From Sphingomonas sp. (GTDB taxonomy: Bacteria; Pseudomonadota; Alphaproteobacteria; Sphingomonadales; Sphingomonadaceae), in assembly GCF_036402235.1 (NCBI RefSeq), contig NZ_DASWTG010000041.1, positions 2,381 through 66,380 on the forward strand: a stretch of 64,000 nt of DNA. The letters run 5' to 3'. The notes under the pieces were generated by a model that saw only the letters and a program-made list of their open reading frames with translations, did no database searches and was not told the DNA's origin. Of the stretch, positions 8,926 to 17,733 are shown in pieces (position 1 is the first letter of the stretch; each line of letters starts with the position of its first letter). Both the position numbers and the translations under genes were made by a program.

Positions 8926-9569
8926 GGCCGTTGCTGATCTGCGATTGCGACGAGGTGCTGCTGCACATGGTGCGGCATTTCAGCGCCTGGCTCGACGAGG
9001 CGCACGACGTCGACTTCGACGTGTCGAACCACGACTGGGCCAACGCCATGAGGCGCCGTGACGGCGCCGCGCTGACGGCCGAGGCGATGTGGGGCTATCT
9101 CGACGGCTTCTTCCCGGGGCAGATGGCGCGGCAGACCCTGGTGCCGCATGCGCGCGAGGCGCTGGCGGCGCTGGCGGAGGCCGCCGACATCGTCATCCTC
9201 ACCAATTTGAAGGACCATTGCCGCGAGCACCGCATCGCGCAGCTCGATACGCATGGCATCGTCCATCGCGTGGAGTGCAACCAGGGCGGCAAGGGCCGTC
9301 CCGTGGCGCAGCTGGTCGAGGAGCATGGCGCGGGGGTCGCGGTGTTCGTCGACGATCTTGCCCAGCACCACGAATCGGTCGCGCGTGCCGCGCCGCATGT
9401 GTTCCGGCTGCACATGGTGTCGGAGCCGCAGATGGCCGCGTTCGTGCCTGCTGCGCCGCACGCCCATGCCCGGATCGACGACTGGCGCGAGGCGCAGCGC
9501 TGGATCGCTGCGCGCTTTTCCGCCGGCCAGCCCGCAACCGAACTCGCAACCCTGGGAGATGCTAGATGA
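8922..9569 (+). CDS. HAD-superfamily hydrolase
   Basis: ICDCDEVL motif I, ILTN motif II, VFVDD motif IV. Confidence 0.8.
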   Translation: MRPLLICDCDEVLLHMVRHFSAWLDEAHDVDFDVSNHDWANAMRRRDGAALTAEAMWGYLDGFFPGQMARQTLVPHAREALAALAEAADIVILTNLKDHCREHRIAQLDTHGIVHRVECNQGGKGRPVAQLVEEHGAGVAVFVDDLAQHHESVARAAPHVFRLHMVSEPQMAAFVPAAPHAHARIDDWREAQRWIAARFSAGQPATELATLGDAR

Positions 9570-10024
9570 CTGACGTCCACGCCAAGCTCGCCGAACTCGG
9601 CCTGACCCTGCCCGAGGCCGCCGCGCCGGTCGCCGCCTATGTGCCGACCGTGCTGGCGAGCGGGCTGCTCCACATCTCGGGCCAGCTTCCGTTCAAGGAC
9701 GGGGCGGTGATGACCGGCCGCCTCGGTGAGGATCGCGACGTCGCCTATGGCCAGGAGGCGGCCGAGCGCTGCGGCCTGATGCTCGTCGCGCAGATCGGCA
9801 AGGCGCTGGGCGGGTTCGATCGGGTCGAGCGCATCGTCAAGCTCGGTGTCTTCGTCAACTCGGCGCCCGGCTTCACTGAGCAGCCCCAGGTCGGCAACGG
9901 CGCGTCGGAGTTGATGGAGAAGCTGTTCGGCGAAGCGGGGCGCCACGCCCGCGCCGCGGTCGGCGTCGCGGCGCTGCCGCGCGGCGCGGCGGTCGAGGTC
10001 GACGCGATCGTCGCGGTTCGCTGA
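9566..10024 (+). CDS. RidA family protein
   Basis: PVAAYVP, ISGQLP, GRHARAAVGVAALPRGAAVEVD. Confidence 0.9.
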   Translation: MTDVHAKLAELGLTLPEAAAPVAAYVPTVLASGLLHISGQLPFKDGAVMTGRLGEDRDVAYGQEAAERCGLMLVAQIGKALGGFDRVERIVKLGVFVNSAPGFTEQPQVGNGASELMEKLFGEAGRHARAAVGVAALPRGAAVEVDAIVAVR

Positions 10025-10048
10025 GCCGTTTCAACTGTGACAACTCTG

Positions 10049-10113
10049 TTGCGCCGCCGCCACAGCGGCGGCGCAATGCATGCCGCAGCGCAAAAGGGAA
10101 TTGTGCGTTGCGG
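10049..10113. terminator. Tandem hairpins after the RidA operon
   Basis: Perfect 12-bp stem ttgcgccgccgc-caca-gcggcggcgcaa, then an imperfect second hairpin at 10082-10113. Confidence 0.5.
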
Positions 10114-10128
10114 CGGATTGGTGCAGCT

Positions 10129-10137
10129 TTATCCACA
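10129..10137 (+). promoter_or_regulatory. Single perfect DnaA box
   Basis: TTATCCACA exact match; function unproven. Confidence 0.4.
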
Positions 10138-10241
10138 TCGGGCAGGACCAGCCATGCCGGGACCTTTCAGGTCTTAGAGCAACATGGCGGACTGGCCGAC
10201 TGCAGGTTGGGACCGAATCGTGATTCAACGAAAGGGATCCC

Positions 10242-11090
10242 ATGCGTTTCACCAAACTCACGCTCGGCGCGCTGCTGCTCGCCGCCACCGCAACCCCCGC
10301 CTTCGCGCAGGAAGAGGCCACCGAAGCGCCTGAGCCGATCACCGTATCGGGCAGCGTGACGCTGGCGTCGGACTATCGCTTCCGCGGCGTCTCACAGACC
10401 GACAAGGAAGTCGCGCTGCAGGGCGGCGTCACCATCGCGCACGAAAGCGGCGCCTATATCGGCTTCTGGGGCTCGAACCTCGCCGGCTGGGGCACCTTCC
10501 TGGGCGCGAACATGGAGCTGGACGTCATCGCGGGCTACAAATTCCCCGTCGCCGAAGGCGCCACGCTCGATGTCGGCGTGACTTACTACATGTATCCGGG
10601 CGGCCTCGACAAAACCGACTTCTTCGAGCCCTATGTCAAGCTGTCGGGCACCGTCGGCCCGGTCACGCTGACCGGTGGCGTCGCCTATGCGCCGAAGCAG
10701 GAAGCGCTGGGCCGGGTCTATCCCGATGCCGCTGCGGCCGCGGCGGGCACGCCGAGCTTCCCGGGCGACAAGGAGGACAATATCTATGTGTCGGGCGACG
10801 CGGTTCTGGCCGTGCCGAACACGCCGCTCAGCCTGCGCGCGCATCTCGGCTATTCGGACGGCAATGACGGCCTCGGCCCCAACGGCACCAGCCTTGCCCC
10901 GACCGGCAAGTATCTGGACTGGGCGCTGGGCGCGGACCTGACCTTCAAGGGCCTGACGCTGGGCGTGTCGTACATCGACACCGACATCAGCGCGGCGGAC
11001 AGCGCCTATCTGATGCCGAACTTCTCCAAGACCACCGGCGGCGACATCGCAGGGTCGACGGTCGTCGTGTCGCTGACCGCCGCTTTCTGA
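10242..11090 (+). CDS. TorF family putative outer-membrane porin
   Basis: Signal peptide, SDYRFRGVSQTD...ALQGG motif, C-terminal Phe. Confidence 0.85.
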   Translation: MRFTKLTLGALLLAATATPAFAQEEATEAPEPITVSGSVTLASDYRFRGVSQTDKEVALQGGVTIAHESGAYIGFWGSNLAGWGTFLGANMELDVIAGYKFPVAEGATLDVGVTYYMYPGGLDKTDFFEPYVKLSGTVGPVTLTGGVAYAPKQEALGRVYPDAAAAAAGTPSFPGDKEDNIYVSGDAVLAVPNTPLSLRAHLGYSDGNDGLGPNGTSLAPTGKYLDWALGADLTFKGLTLGVSYIDTDISAADSAYLMPNFSKTTGGDIAGSTVVVSLTAAF

Positions 11091-11111
11091 TCGCCGCGGG
11101 CAAGGCAAACG

Positions 11112-11145
11112 AGAAGGGCGCCGGAATCGCTTCCGGCGCCCTTCT
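11112..11145. terminator. Bidirectional terminator
   Basis: Perfect 15-bp stem agaagggcgccggaa-tcgc-ttccggcgcccttct between convergent genes. Confidence 0.85.
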
Positions 11146-11166
11146 TCGTATCGGCTGCTGGGCGGA

Positions 11167-11637
11167 TCAGTTCGGGGTCGGCGTGGGCGTAGGCGCCGGG
11201 GCCGGAGCTGCCGGGGTCGCGCCGGTTGCGGCACGCGCGTCGCGGCCGTCGCCCTGCGGGGCGGCGACGATGTCGCGGGTGGTGCTGCCCTTGTCGATCA
11301 CATTGGTGCCGGGGCTGCCTACGGACGAGCGCACGCCGACATCGGCGGCGCTGTTGCCGCCCGCGGCCTGGATCGCCGCCTGCTCGGATGCGCTGCGCTG
11401 GGCCGATCCGCCGAACAGCGCGTCGAGCGCCTGCTGCGACGGGCCGCCCGAATCCTGCGGGCGCGGTGCGCCGGGCTGGGGCGGGCGCAGCGCGAAATCG
11501 GGCGGGATCACCAGCGGCGCCTGACGTGCCACGGCGAATTCGTCGGGCCGCTTGCGGTTGAGCATCCCGCCGCTGCCGCAGCTCACGAGCAGCATCGCCG
11601 ATCCGCCGACGGCGGCGATGAGGACAGACTTACGCAT
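11167..11637 (-). CDS. DUF3035 family lipoprotein
   Basis: MRKSVLI...LLVSC lipobox; PDEFAVARQAPLVIPPDFALRPPQPG motif; downstream of lspA. Confidence 0.8.
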   Translation of the reverse strand: MRKSVLIAAVGGSAMLLVSCGSGGMLNRKRPDEFAVARQAPLVIPPDFALRPPQPGAPRPQDSGGPSQQALDALFGGSAQRSASEQAAIQAAGGNSAADVGVRSSVGSPGTNVIDKGSTTRDIVAAPQGDGRDARAATGATPAAPAPAPTPTPTPN

Positions 11638-12169
11638 TGGCATTCTCCACAGGGGCGCCGGGTTCATCGGCCTTGGGTTTCTCACGCACGAACAGCGCCC
11701 GGATGAGCAGGATCACGACGCCGATGGTAATCGCAGCATCGGCGACATTGAAGACCAAAAAAGGGCGCCATTCGGGATTCCACGGCGTCCACACGTGCAG
11801 ATCGGCATAATCGACGACATAGCCGAAGCGCACGCGATCGACGATGTTGCCGAGCGCGCCGCCCAGCACCAGCGCCAGCGCGAACAGGTCGCCGCGGTTC
11901 TTCTCGCGCAGCATCCACCAGCCGACGCCCGCGGCGATCAGCGCGGTCATCGCGACCAGCGCCCAGCGCATCCATTCGGTCTCCGCCGCCAGCATCCCGA
12001 GCGACACGCCGTTGTTGGCGACGAAGCGCAGGTCGAAGAACGGCAGGATCTCCCGGACCGCGCCGGGGTAGGCAATGCCGAGGCCCTCGACCACGAACGC
12101 CTTCATCGCCTGATCGGCGACGAAGATCAGCGCGGCCAGCGCGAAGCCAAGCGTACGATTGCGATTCAT
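11630..12169 (-). CDS. lspA: Signal peptidase II
   Basis: DQAMK, NNGVSLG, GGALGNIVDR and FNVADAAIT motifs. Confidence 0.95.
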   Translation of the reverse strand: MNRNRTLGFALAALIFVADQAMKAFVVEGLGIAYPGAVREILPFFDLRFVANNGVSLGMLAAETEWMRWALVAMTALIAAGVGWWMLREKNRGDLFALALVLGGALGNIVDRVRFGYVVDYADLHVWTPWNPEWRPFLVFNVADAAITIGVVILLIRALFVREKPKADEPGAPVENANA

Positions 12170-12179
12170 GAGGCCAACG

Positions 12180-15100
12180 TCATCCAACTACCTGGGCGCA
12201 GCGGTGGCACAGCGCGCCCTCGGCTTCAACCTCCGGCAGCAGCCGCCAGCAACGGCCGCACTTCTCATGGTCCGTGCGCGCGACGGTGACGTCGCCGTCC
12301 TGAAGCTTCACATCGGCCACGATGAACACCTCGGCCAGCTCCGCGGCGGGGCGCAGCATCTCGGGCACCGTCACCTCGGCCTCGAGGCTCGACCGGATCG
12401 TCTTCTCGCGGCGATAGGGCTCGATCGCCTCGGTCACCTTCTCGCGCAACGCGCGGATGTCGGCCCACTCGGTCGAGATCGCGTCGTCGCCGGGCAGCGC
12501 GGGCAGCTCGGGCCATTCGAGGAAATGGACCGACCCGTCCTCGCTCGGATAGCGCGCCTGCCACACTTCCTCGGCGGTGAAGGCGAGGATCGGCGCGGCG
12601 TAGCGGACCAGCGCGTGGAACAGCAGGTCGAGCACGGTGCGATAGGCGCGGCGCTTGAGGCTGTCCGGGTCATCGCAATAGAGGCAGTCCTTGCGGATAT
12701 CGAAGAAGAAGGCCGACAGGTCCTCGTTCATGAAGTCCGACAGGGCGCGGGCGTAGCGGTTGAACTCGAACGCTTCCGCCGCCGCGCGCAGCTCGACGTC
12801 GAGCGCGCCGAGCTTGTGGAGGATGTAGAGCTCGAGCTCGGGCATCTTGCCCACCGCGACCTTCTCGGCATCGGTGAAGCCGTCGAGCGCGCCGAGCAGA
12901 TAGCGGAAGGTGTTGCGGATCTTGCGGTAGGCGTCGCCGGTGCCGGCGAGCACTTCCTTGCCGATGCGGACGTCCTCGAAATAGTCGGTCTGCGCGACCC
13001 ACAGGCGCAGGATGTCGGCGCCGCTCTCGCCGATGATCTTGAGCGGATCGACGACGTTGCCGAGGCTCTTCGACATCTTGCGGCCCTGCCCGTCGAGCGC
13101 GAAGCCATGGGTGAGCACGGCGTCGTACGGCGCGCGGCCGCGCGTGCCGGCGCTTTCCAGCAGCGACGACTGGAACCAGCCGCGATGCTGGTCGGAGCCT
13201 TCGAGATAGAGGTTCGCGCGGGTTCCTTCCCCGTAACGCGCCTCGATCACGAAGCTGTGGGTCGAGCCGCTGTCGAACCACACGTCGAGGATGTCGTTGA
13301 CCACCTCATAGTCTGCGAGCGCATAGTTTGACCCGAGCAGCGCCTGATGGTCCGCGCCGAACCACGCGTCGGCGCCGCCCTGACGGAAGGCGTCGAGGAT
13401 GCGCGCGTTGACCGCTTCGTCGCGCAGATAGTCGCCGGTCTGGCGGTGGACATAGAGCGGGATCGGCACGCCCCAGGCGCGCTGGCGGCTGATCACCCAG
13501 TCCGGACGGCCTTCGACCATCGATCGGATGCGGTTGATCGAACGCTCCGGCACCCACCGCGTCCGCTCGATCGCATCGAGCGCGAGGTGGCGGAGGGTGG
13601 GGGAATTGGTCGGGTTGACGATCGGGCCGAAGCCGGCATCGGCGGCGAAGGCGGGGAGTTCGTGGGGGACGGAACCTGCGATTCTTCCCGTCGTCCCAGC
13701 TCTTCCCGTCACCCCAGCGAAAGCTGGGGTCTCCTGCGGCTCCTGCCCCGCCCCACGGCCAGAGGCCCCAGCTTCCGCTGGGGCGACGATGTTGTGGCGA
13801 GCGCCGTCCATCGGGATGAACCACTGCGGCGTGCAGCGGAAGATGATCTTCGCCTTGGAGCGCCACGAATGCGGATAGCTGTGCGCGAAATCGTCCGACG
13901 CGGCGAGCAGCGCGCCGGCTTCACGCAGGTCGGTGCAGATCGGCCCGTCGCTGGCGACGAACTTCTTGTTGATGACCGATCCCTGCCCGCCGAGCCACAG
14001 CCAGTCGGGGCGGTAGAAGCCCGCATCGTCGACCGCGAACACCGGATCGATGCCGTGCGCCTTGCACAGCAGGAAATCGTCCTCGCCATGATCGGGCGAC
14101 ATATGGACGAGGCCGGTACCGGCATCGGTGGTGACGAAGTCGCCGGGCAGGAACGGACGCGGCTTGGCGAAGAAGCCGCCGAGATGGTGCATCGGGTGGC
14201 GGGCAGCGGCGCCGGCAAGTTGGATGCCCTTGATGGTCAAGGCTGGCGAAGCTGCCTTCGGATCAATCGCATCGTCGAAGAAGAAGCGGATACCCGAATA
14301 GCGAGCCGCATCCAAGCCAGCCAACTTAAGCGCACGACTGAGCCGGTCACCAAATGCTTCGATCAACTCATCGGCGATCAAGACTCGGGCGCCTACGGGA
14401 AAGCCGATGGTGCGAAGTGCGGCTTCGACCTCTTCAATCGAGACGGCGCCTGCGTCCGTCCCAGACAACCCGACGGCGGTCGGGTCGAGCGTCAAGAGAC
14501 GGTACTCGACCTCCTCCCCATAGGCGAGCGCCTGGTTCACCGGGATCGTCCACGGCGTGGTCGTCCAGATCACGGCATGCGCGCCGACCAGCTCGGGCGC
14601 GTTCGGCGCCTCCGTGATCTCGAACGCGACGTCGATCTGGGTCGAGACGACGTCCTCATATTCGACCTCGGCCTCGGCCAGCGCGGTCTTTTCGACTGGC
14701 GACCACATCACCGGCTTGGCGCCGCGATAGAGCTGGCCGCTGGTCGCGAACTTCAGAAGCTCGCCCGCGATCGTCGCCTCGGCGTCGGACTTCATCGTGA
14801 GGTACGGATCGTCCCAGTCGCCGATCACGCCGAGCCGCTTGAACTGCTCGCGCTGGATGCCGACCCACTTCTCCGCATAGGCGCGGCATTCGGCGCGGAA
14901 CTCGGCCGGAGGGACCTCGTCCTTGCTCTGCTTCTTGGCGCGATACTGCTCCTCGATCTTCCACTCGATCGGCAGGCCGTGGCAGTCCCAGCCGGGGACA
15001 TAGGGCGCGTCCTTGCCCATCAGGCTCTGGCTGCGGACCACGATGTCCTTGAGGATCTTGTTCATGGCGTGCCCCATGTGCAGGTCGCCATTGGCGTAGG

Positions 15101-15293
15101 GCGGGCCATCGTGAAGGATGAAGCGCTCGCGCCCCTTCCGCTGCTCGCGCAGCCGGTCATAGACGCCGATCTTCGCCCAGCGTTCGAGGATCGCGGGCTC
15201 CTTGGCGGCAAGGCCCGCCTTCATCGGGAAGTCGGTCTTCGGCAGGAAGACGGTGTCGCGCCAGTCGCGGGCGGAATCGGTGGTTTCGGTCAT
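12180..15293 (-). CDS. ileS: Isoleucine--tRNA ligase (type 1) carrying two in-frame insertions/replacements
   Basis: PPYANGDLHMGH, WTTTPWT, GTGLVH, KMSKS and C-terminal CGRCWR...CHRC zinc finger. Start MTETTDS at 15293, 1037 aa. Confidence 0.97.
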   Translation of the reverse strand: MTETTDSARDWRDTVFLPKTDFPMKAGLAAKEPAILERWAKIGVYDRLREQRKGRERFILHDGPPYANGDLHMGHAMNKILKDIVVRSQSLMGKDAPYVPGWDCHGLPIEWKIEEQYRAKKQSKDEVPPAEFRAECRAYAEKWVGIQREQFKRLGVIGDWDDPYLTMKSDAEATIAGELLKFATSGQLYRGAKPVMWSPVEKTALAEAEVEYEDVVSTQIDVAFEITEAPNAPELVGAHAVIWTTTPWTIPVNQALAYGEEVEYRLLTLDPTAVGLSGTDAGAVSIEEVEAALRTIGFPVGARVLIADELIEAFGDRLSRALKLAGLDAARYSGIRFFFDDAIDPKAASPALTIKGIQLAGAAARHPMHHLGGFFAKPRPFLPGDFVTTDAGTGLVHMSPDHGEDDFLLCKAHGIDPVFAVDDAGFYRPDWLWLGGQGSVINKKFVASDGPICTDLREAGALLAASDDFAHSYPHSWRSKAKIIFRCTPQWFIPMDGARHNIVAPAEAGASGRGAGQEPQETPAFAGVTGRAGTTGRIAGSVPHELPAFAADAGFGPIVNPTNSPTLRHLALDAIERTRWVPERSINRIRSMVEGRPDWVISRQRAWGVPIPLYVHRQTGDYLRDEAVNARILDAFRQGGADAWFGADHQALLGSNYALADYEVVNDILDVWFDSGSTHSFVIEARYGEGTRANLYLEGSDQHRGWFQSSLLESAGTRGRAPYDAVLTHGFALDGQGRKMSKSLGNVVDPLKIIGESGADILRLWVAQTDYFEDVRIGKEVLAGTGDAYRKIRNTFRYLLGALDGFTDAEKVAVGKMPELELYILHKLGALDVELRAAAEAFEFNRYARALSDFMNEDLSAFFFDIRKDCLYCDDPDSLKRRAYRTVLDLLFHALVRYAAPILAFTAEEVWQARYPSEDGSVHFLEWPELPALPGDDAISTEWADIRALREKVTEAIEPYRREKTIRSSLEAEVTVPEMLRPAAELAEVFIVADVKLQDGDVTVARTDHEKCGRCWRLLPEVEAEGALCHRCAQVVG
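13707..13788. repeat. CGTC-tagged REP doublet inside ileS, read in frame
   Basis: cgtcaccccagcgaaagctggggtctc...gaggccccagcttccgctggggcgacg; arms nearly identical to the intergenic copy at 21640-21720. Confidence 0.92.
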
Positions 15294-15472
15294 TTGGGGG
15301 CGGGGATTAGCTTGTGTGGGGCGGCGGGGGAAGAAGATTGGTTCAGCAGGGCGCGGAACGTGCTTGCAATGTTGGATTTCGCCTGCTTGGCTCGTTCGGC
15401 GGCATCGCGCCGCCGCTCTTTGAAATTCACCGTCAGGGTTGCCGCGAGCGCGTGAAAACGGCGCTGATAGTG

Positions 15473-16411
15473 TCAACCAAGTGTATACTTCCGCAGCGCG
15501 TTGCGCGCCGCGTCGCAATCGGCGGCGATCTGGGCCTTCAGCGCATCGAGCGAATCGAACTTCGCCTCGTCGCGGAGGTATTCGATCAGCTCGACCTCGA
15601 TGGTCTGGCCGTAGAGGTCGCCCGAAAAGTCGAAGAAATAGGGCTCGAGCAGCTCGACTGGCGGCTCGATACTCGGGCGGATGCCGAGATTGGCGGCTCC
15701 CTCTAGGACGCGACCGTCCGAGAGGCGTCCCCGCACCGCATAGATGCCGTAGCGCGGCCGGAGATAATTGCCGAGCTGGAGGTTGGCGGTGGGATAGCCG
15801 AGCTCGCGCCCGAGCTTCGCGCCCGGCTCGACCACGCCCTCGATCGCGAAGGGGCGGGTGAGCAAAGCGGCGGCGTCGCGCGGCTTGCCGGCCTGCAGCG
15901 CCTCGCGGATGCGGCTCGATGAGATGACCTCGTCGCCATCCTCGACCGGGGCGACGGTATCGACGCTGAAGCCGAGCTCTTGGCCGAGCGCATGCAGCAC
16001 GCCGACATCGCCGTCGCGGCCCTTGCCGAAGGTGAAGTCGGCGCCGGTGACGACCCCGCCCGCGCCGATCAGCTCGACGAGGCGCTGCTCGGCAAAGGCG
16101 CGCGCTGGCAGCCCGGCGAGCGCGGCGTCGAACCCGAACACCAGCATCGCGTCGGCGCCGGCCTCGCCGAACAGCCGCTGGCGCTGGTCGAGCGTGGTCA
16201 GGCGGAAGGAGGGCGTCTGCGGCCGGAAATAGCGCATCGGGTGCGGATCGAAGGTGGCGACGATCGCCGGTCTTCCCTCGGCGCGCGCGCGCTCGACCGC
16301 GCGGCCCACCACCGCTTGGTGCCCGCGATGAAATCCGTCGAAATTGCCGAGCGCCACGATCCCGCCGCGCAGATGCGCCGGAACCGCGACCGCTCCGTCC
16401 AGCCGCTCCAT
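15473..16411 (-). CDS. ribF: Riboflavin kinase/FAD synthetase
   Basis: ALGNFDGFHRGHQ, GADFTFG, ISSSRIR, GRELGYPTAN and LEPYFFDF motifs; start MERLD at 16411. Confidence 0.95.
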   Translation of the reverse strand: MERLDGAVAVPAHLRGGIVALGNFDGFHRGHQAVVGRAVERARAEGRPAIVATFDPHPMRYFRPQTPSFRLTTLDQRQRLFGEAGADAMLVFGFDAALAGLPARAFAEQRLVELIGAGGVVTGADFTFGKGRDGDVGVLHALGQELGFSVDTVAPVEDGDEVISSSRIREALQAGKPRDAAALLTRPFAIEGVVEPGAKLGRELGYPTANLQLGNYLRPRYGIYAVRGRLSDGRVLEGAANLGIRPSIEPPVELLEPYFFDFSGDLYGQTIEVELIEYLRDEAKFDSLDALKAQIAADCDAARNALRKYTLG

Positions 16412-16448
16412 GCGCGCGCCTATAGAGGTGCCTTCCGCAAGTGCCAAC

Positions 16449-17621
16449 TTACTGTGCAGAAGCGATCCCCGCGCGCAACACGCGAAGCACATTGCCACCC
16501 ATCACCTTGCGGATTTCCTCAGGCGTGAAGCCGCGATCGACCAGTGCCTGAGTCACGAACACCAGCTGCGCCGTATCGAAGCCGGTGGTGACCGCGCCGT
16601 CGAAGTCGGAGCCGAGGCCGACATGGTCGATGCCGACCAGATCGCGGACATGCGCGATCGCGGCGGCGACCTTCTCCGGCTCGGTGCCGCAGATCGCGGC
16701 GTCCCAATAGCCGATGCCGATCACCCCGCCGGTCTTCGCGACCCCGCGAATCTCGTCGTCGGAGAGGTTGCGGTTGACCTTGCACACCGCTTGCACCCCG
16801 CCATGGCTGGAGACGACGGGGCGTTTGGCCATCGCGAGGATCTCGGCGACCGACTTGTGGCTGGCATGCGCGATGTCGACGACCATGCCGAGTTGTTCCA
16901 TGCGGCGGATCGTCGCGCGGCCCAGTGGGGTGAGGCCGCCCTTGGCGATGCCGTGCATCGATCCCGCCAGCTCATTGTCGAAGAAGTGGGTGAGGCCCGC
17001 CATGCGGAAGCCCGCGGCGTGGAGCCGGTCGAGATTGGCGAGCTTGCCCTCCATGTTCTGCAGGCCCTCGATCGACAGCAGCCCGCCGACCGTCTTGCTG
17101 CCCTTCGCGCGAGCGGCGAGCAGCGCGTCGAGATCGGCGGGGGTGCGGATCACGCGCAGCTTGCCCTCCGACGCCGCGGCGGCGCGGCCGAGCTTCTGCG
17201 CGTGGAACAGAGAGCGCTCGAGCAAGGACGTCCAGGTGCGCGGCGGCTGGAGCTGCGCCACCGCGAGCATGGTGATGTTGTCGGTGTCGGCGCCGTTGGC
17301 GTCGTAATTCTGGTTCTTCGGCGTCTTGGTGACCGAGGAGAAGACCTGGAGGGCGACATTGCCCTCGATCAGCCGCGGCAGGTCGACCTGGCCGCGCTCC
17401 GACCGATCGTTAAGGCTGCGCTTCCACAGCAGCGTGTCTTCGTGGAGGTCGGCGATCTGGAGGCTGGCGTGGAGCTTCCGCGTCTCGGGCGTGACGGCGG
17501 GAAGCTTGGTCGCGACGACCTTGTTCATGCCGCGCTCGACGATGCCGGGCGCGATCGCGAAGAAAGCGAGCACGGCGACCATCAGCAGGGCGACGAGCCA
17601 GAGAATCCATTTCCGCTTCAT
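16449..17621 (-). CDS. Membrane dipeptidase (peptidase M19)
   Basis: N-terminal TM anchor; HEDTL, SIEG, THF, DIAH, SHGG and GSDFDG motifs. Confidence 0.88.
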   Translation of the reverse strand: MKRKWILWLVALLMVAVLAFFAIAPGIVERGMNKVVATKLPAVTPETRKLHASLQIADLHEDTLLWKRSLNDRSERGQVDLPRLIEGNVALQVFSSVTKTPKNQNYDANGADTDNITMLAVAQLQPPRTWTSLLERSLFHAQKLGRAAAASEGKLRVIRTPADLDALLAARAKGSKTVGGLLSIEGLQNMEGKLANLDRLHAAGFRMAGLTHFFDNELAGSMHGIAKGGLTPLGRATIRRMEQLGMVVDIAHASHKSVAEILAMAKRPVVSSHGGVQAVCKVNRNLSDDEIRGVAKTGGVIGIGYWDAAICGTEPEKVAAAIAHVRDLVGIDHVGLGSDFDGAVTTGFDTAQLVFVTQALVDRGFTPEEIRKVMGGNVLRVLRAGIASAQ

Positions 17622-17637
17622 TGCCGCTCCCCCTGGT

Positions 17638-17732
17638 CGTCATGCCGGACTCGTTCCGGCATCCACGGTGCCGCGCATCCAGTCGGTGCATGTGTGCGAC
17701 ACGGTGGACCCCGGCACAAGGCCGGGGTGACG
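17638..17732. repeat. CGTC-tagged REP doublet (ccgg subtype)
   Basis: cgtcatgccggactcgttccggcatccac...gtggaccccggcacaaggccggggtgacg. Confidence 0.88.
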
Positions 17733-17733
17733 A

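Noticed and set aside
10107-10125. NtrC site (TGC...GGTGCA) upstream of the TorF gene
   Set aside because: Only one good half-site, and no GG-N10-GC sigma54 promoter was found downstream.
10129-10137. Replication origin
   Set aside because: A single DnaA box with no cluster or AT-rich unwinding element.
13599-14505. ileS insertions as an intein, intron or DGR variable region
   Set aside because: No C/S...HN intein ends, homing endonuclease motif, RT gene or template repeat; the segments are too short.
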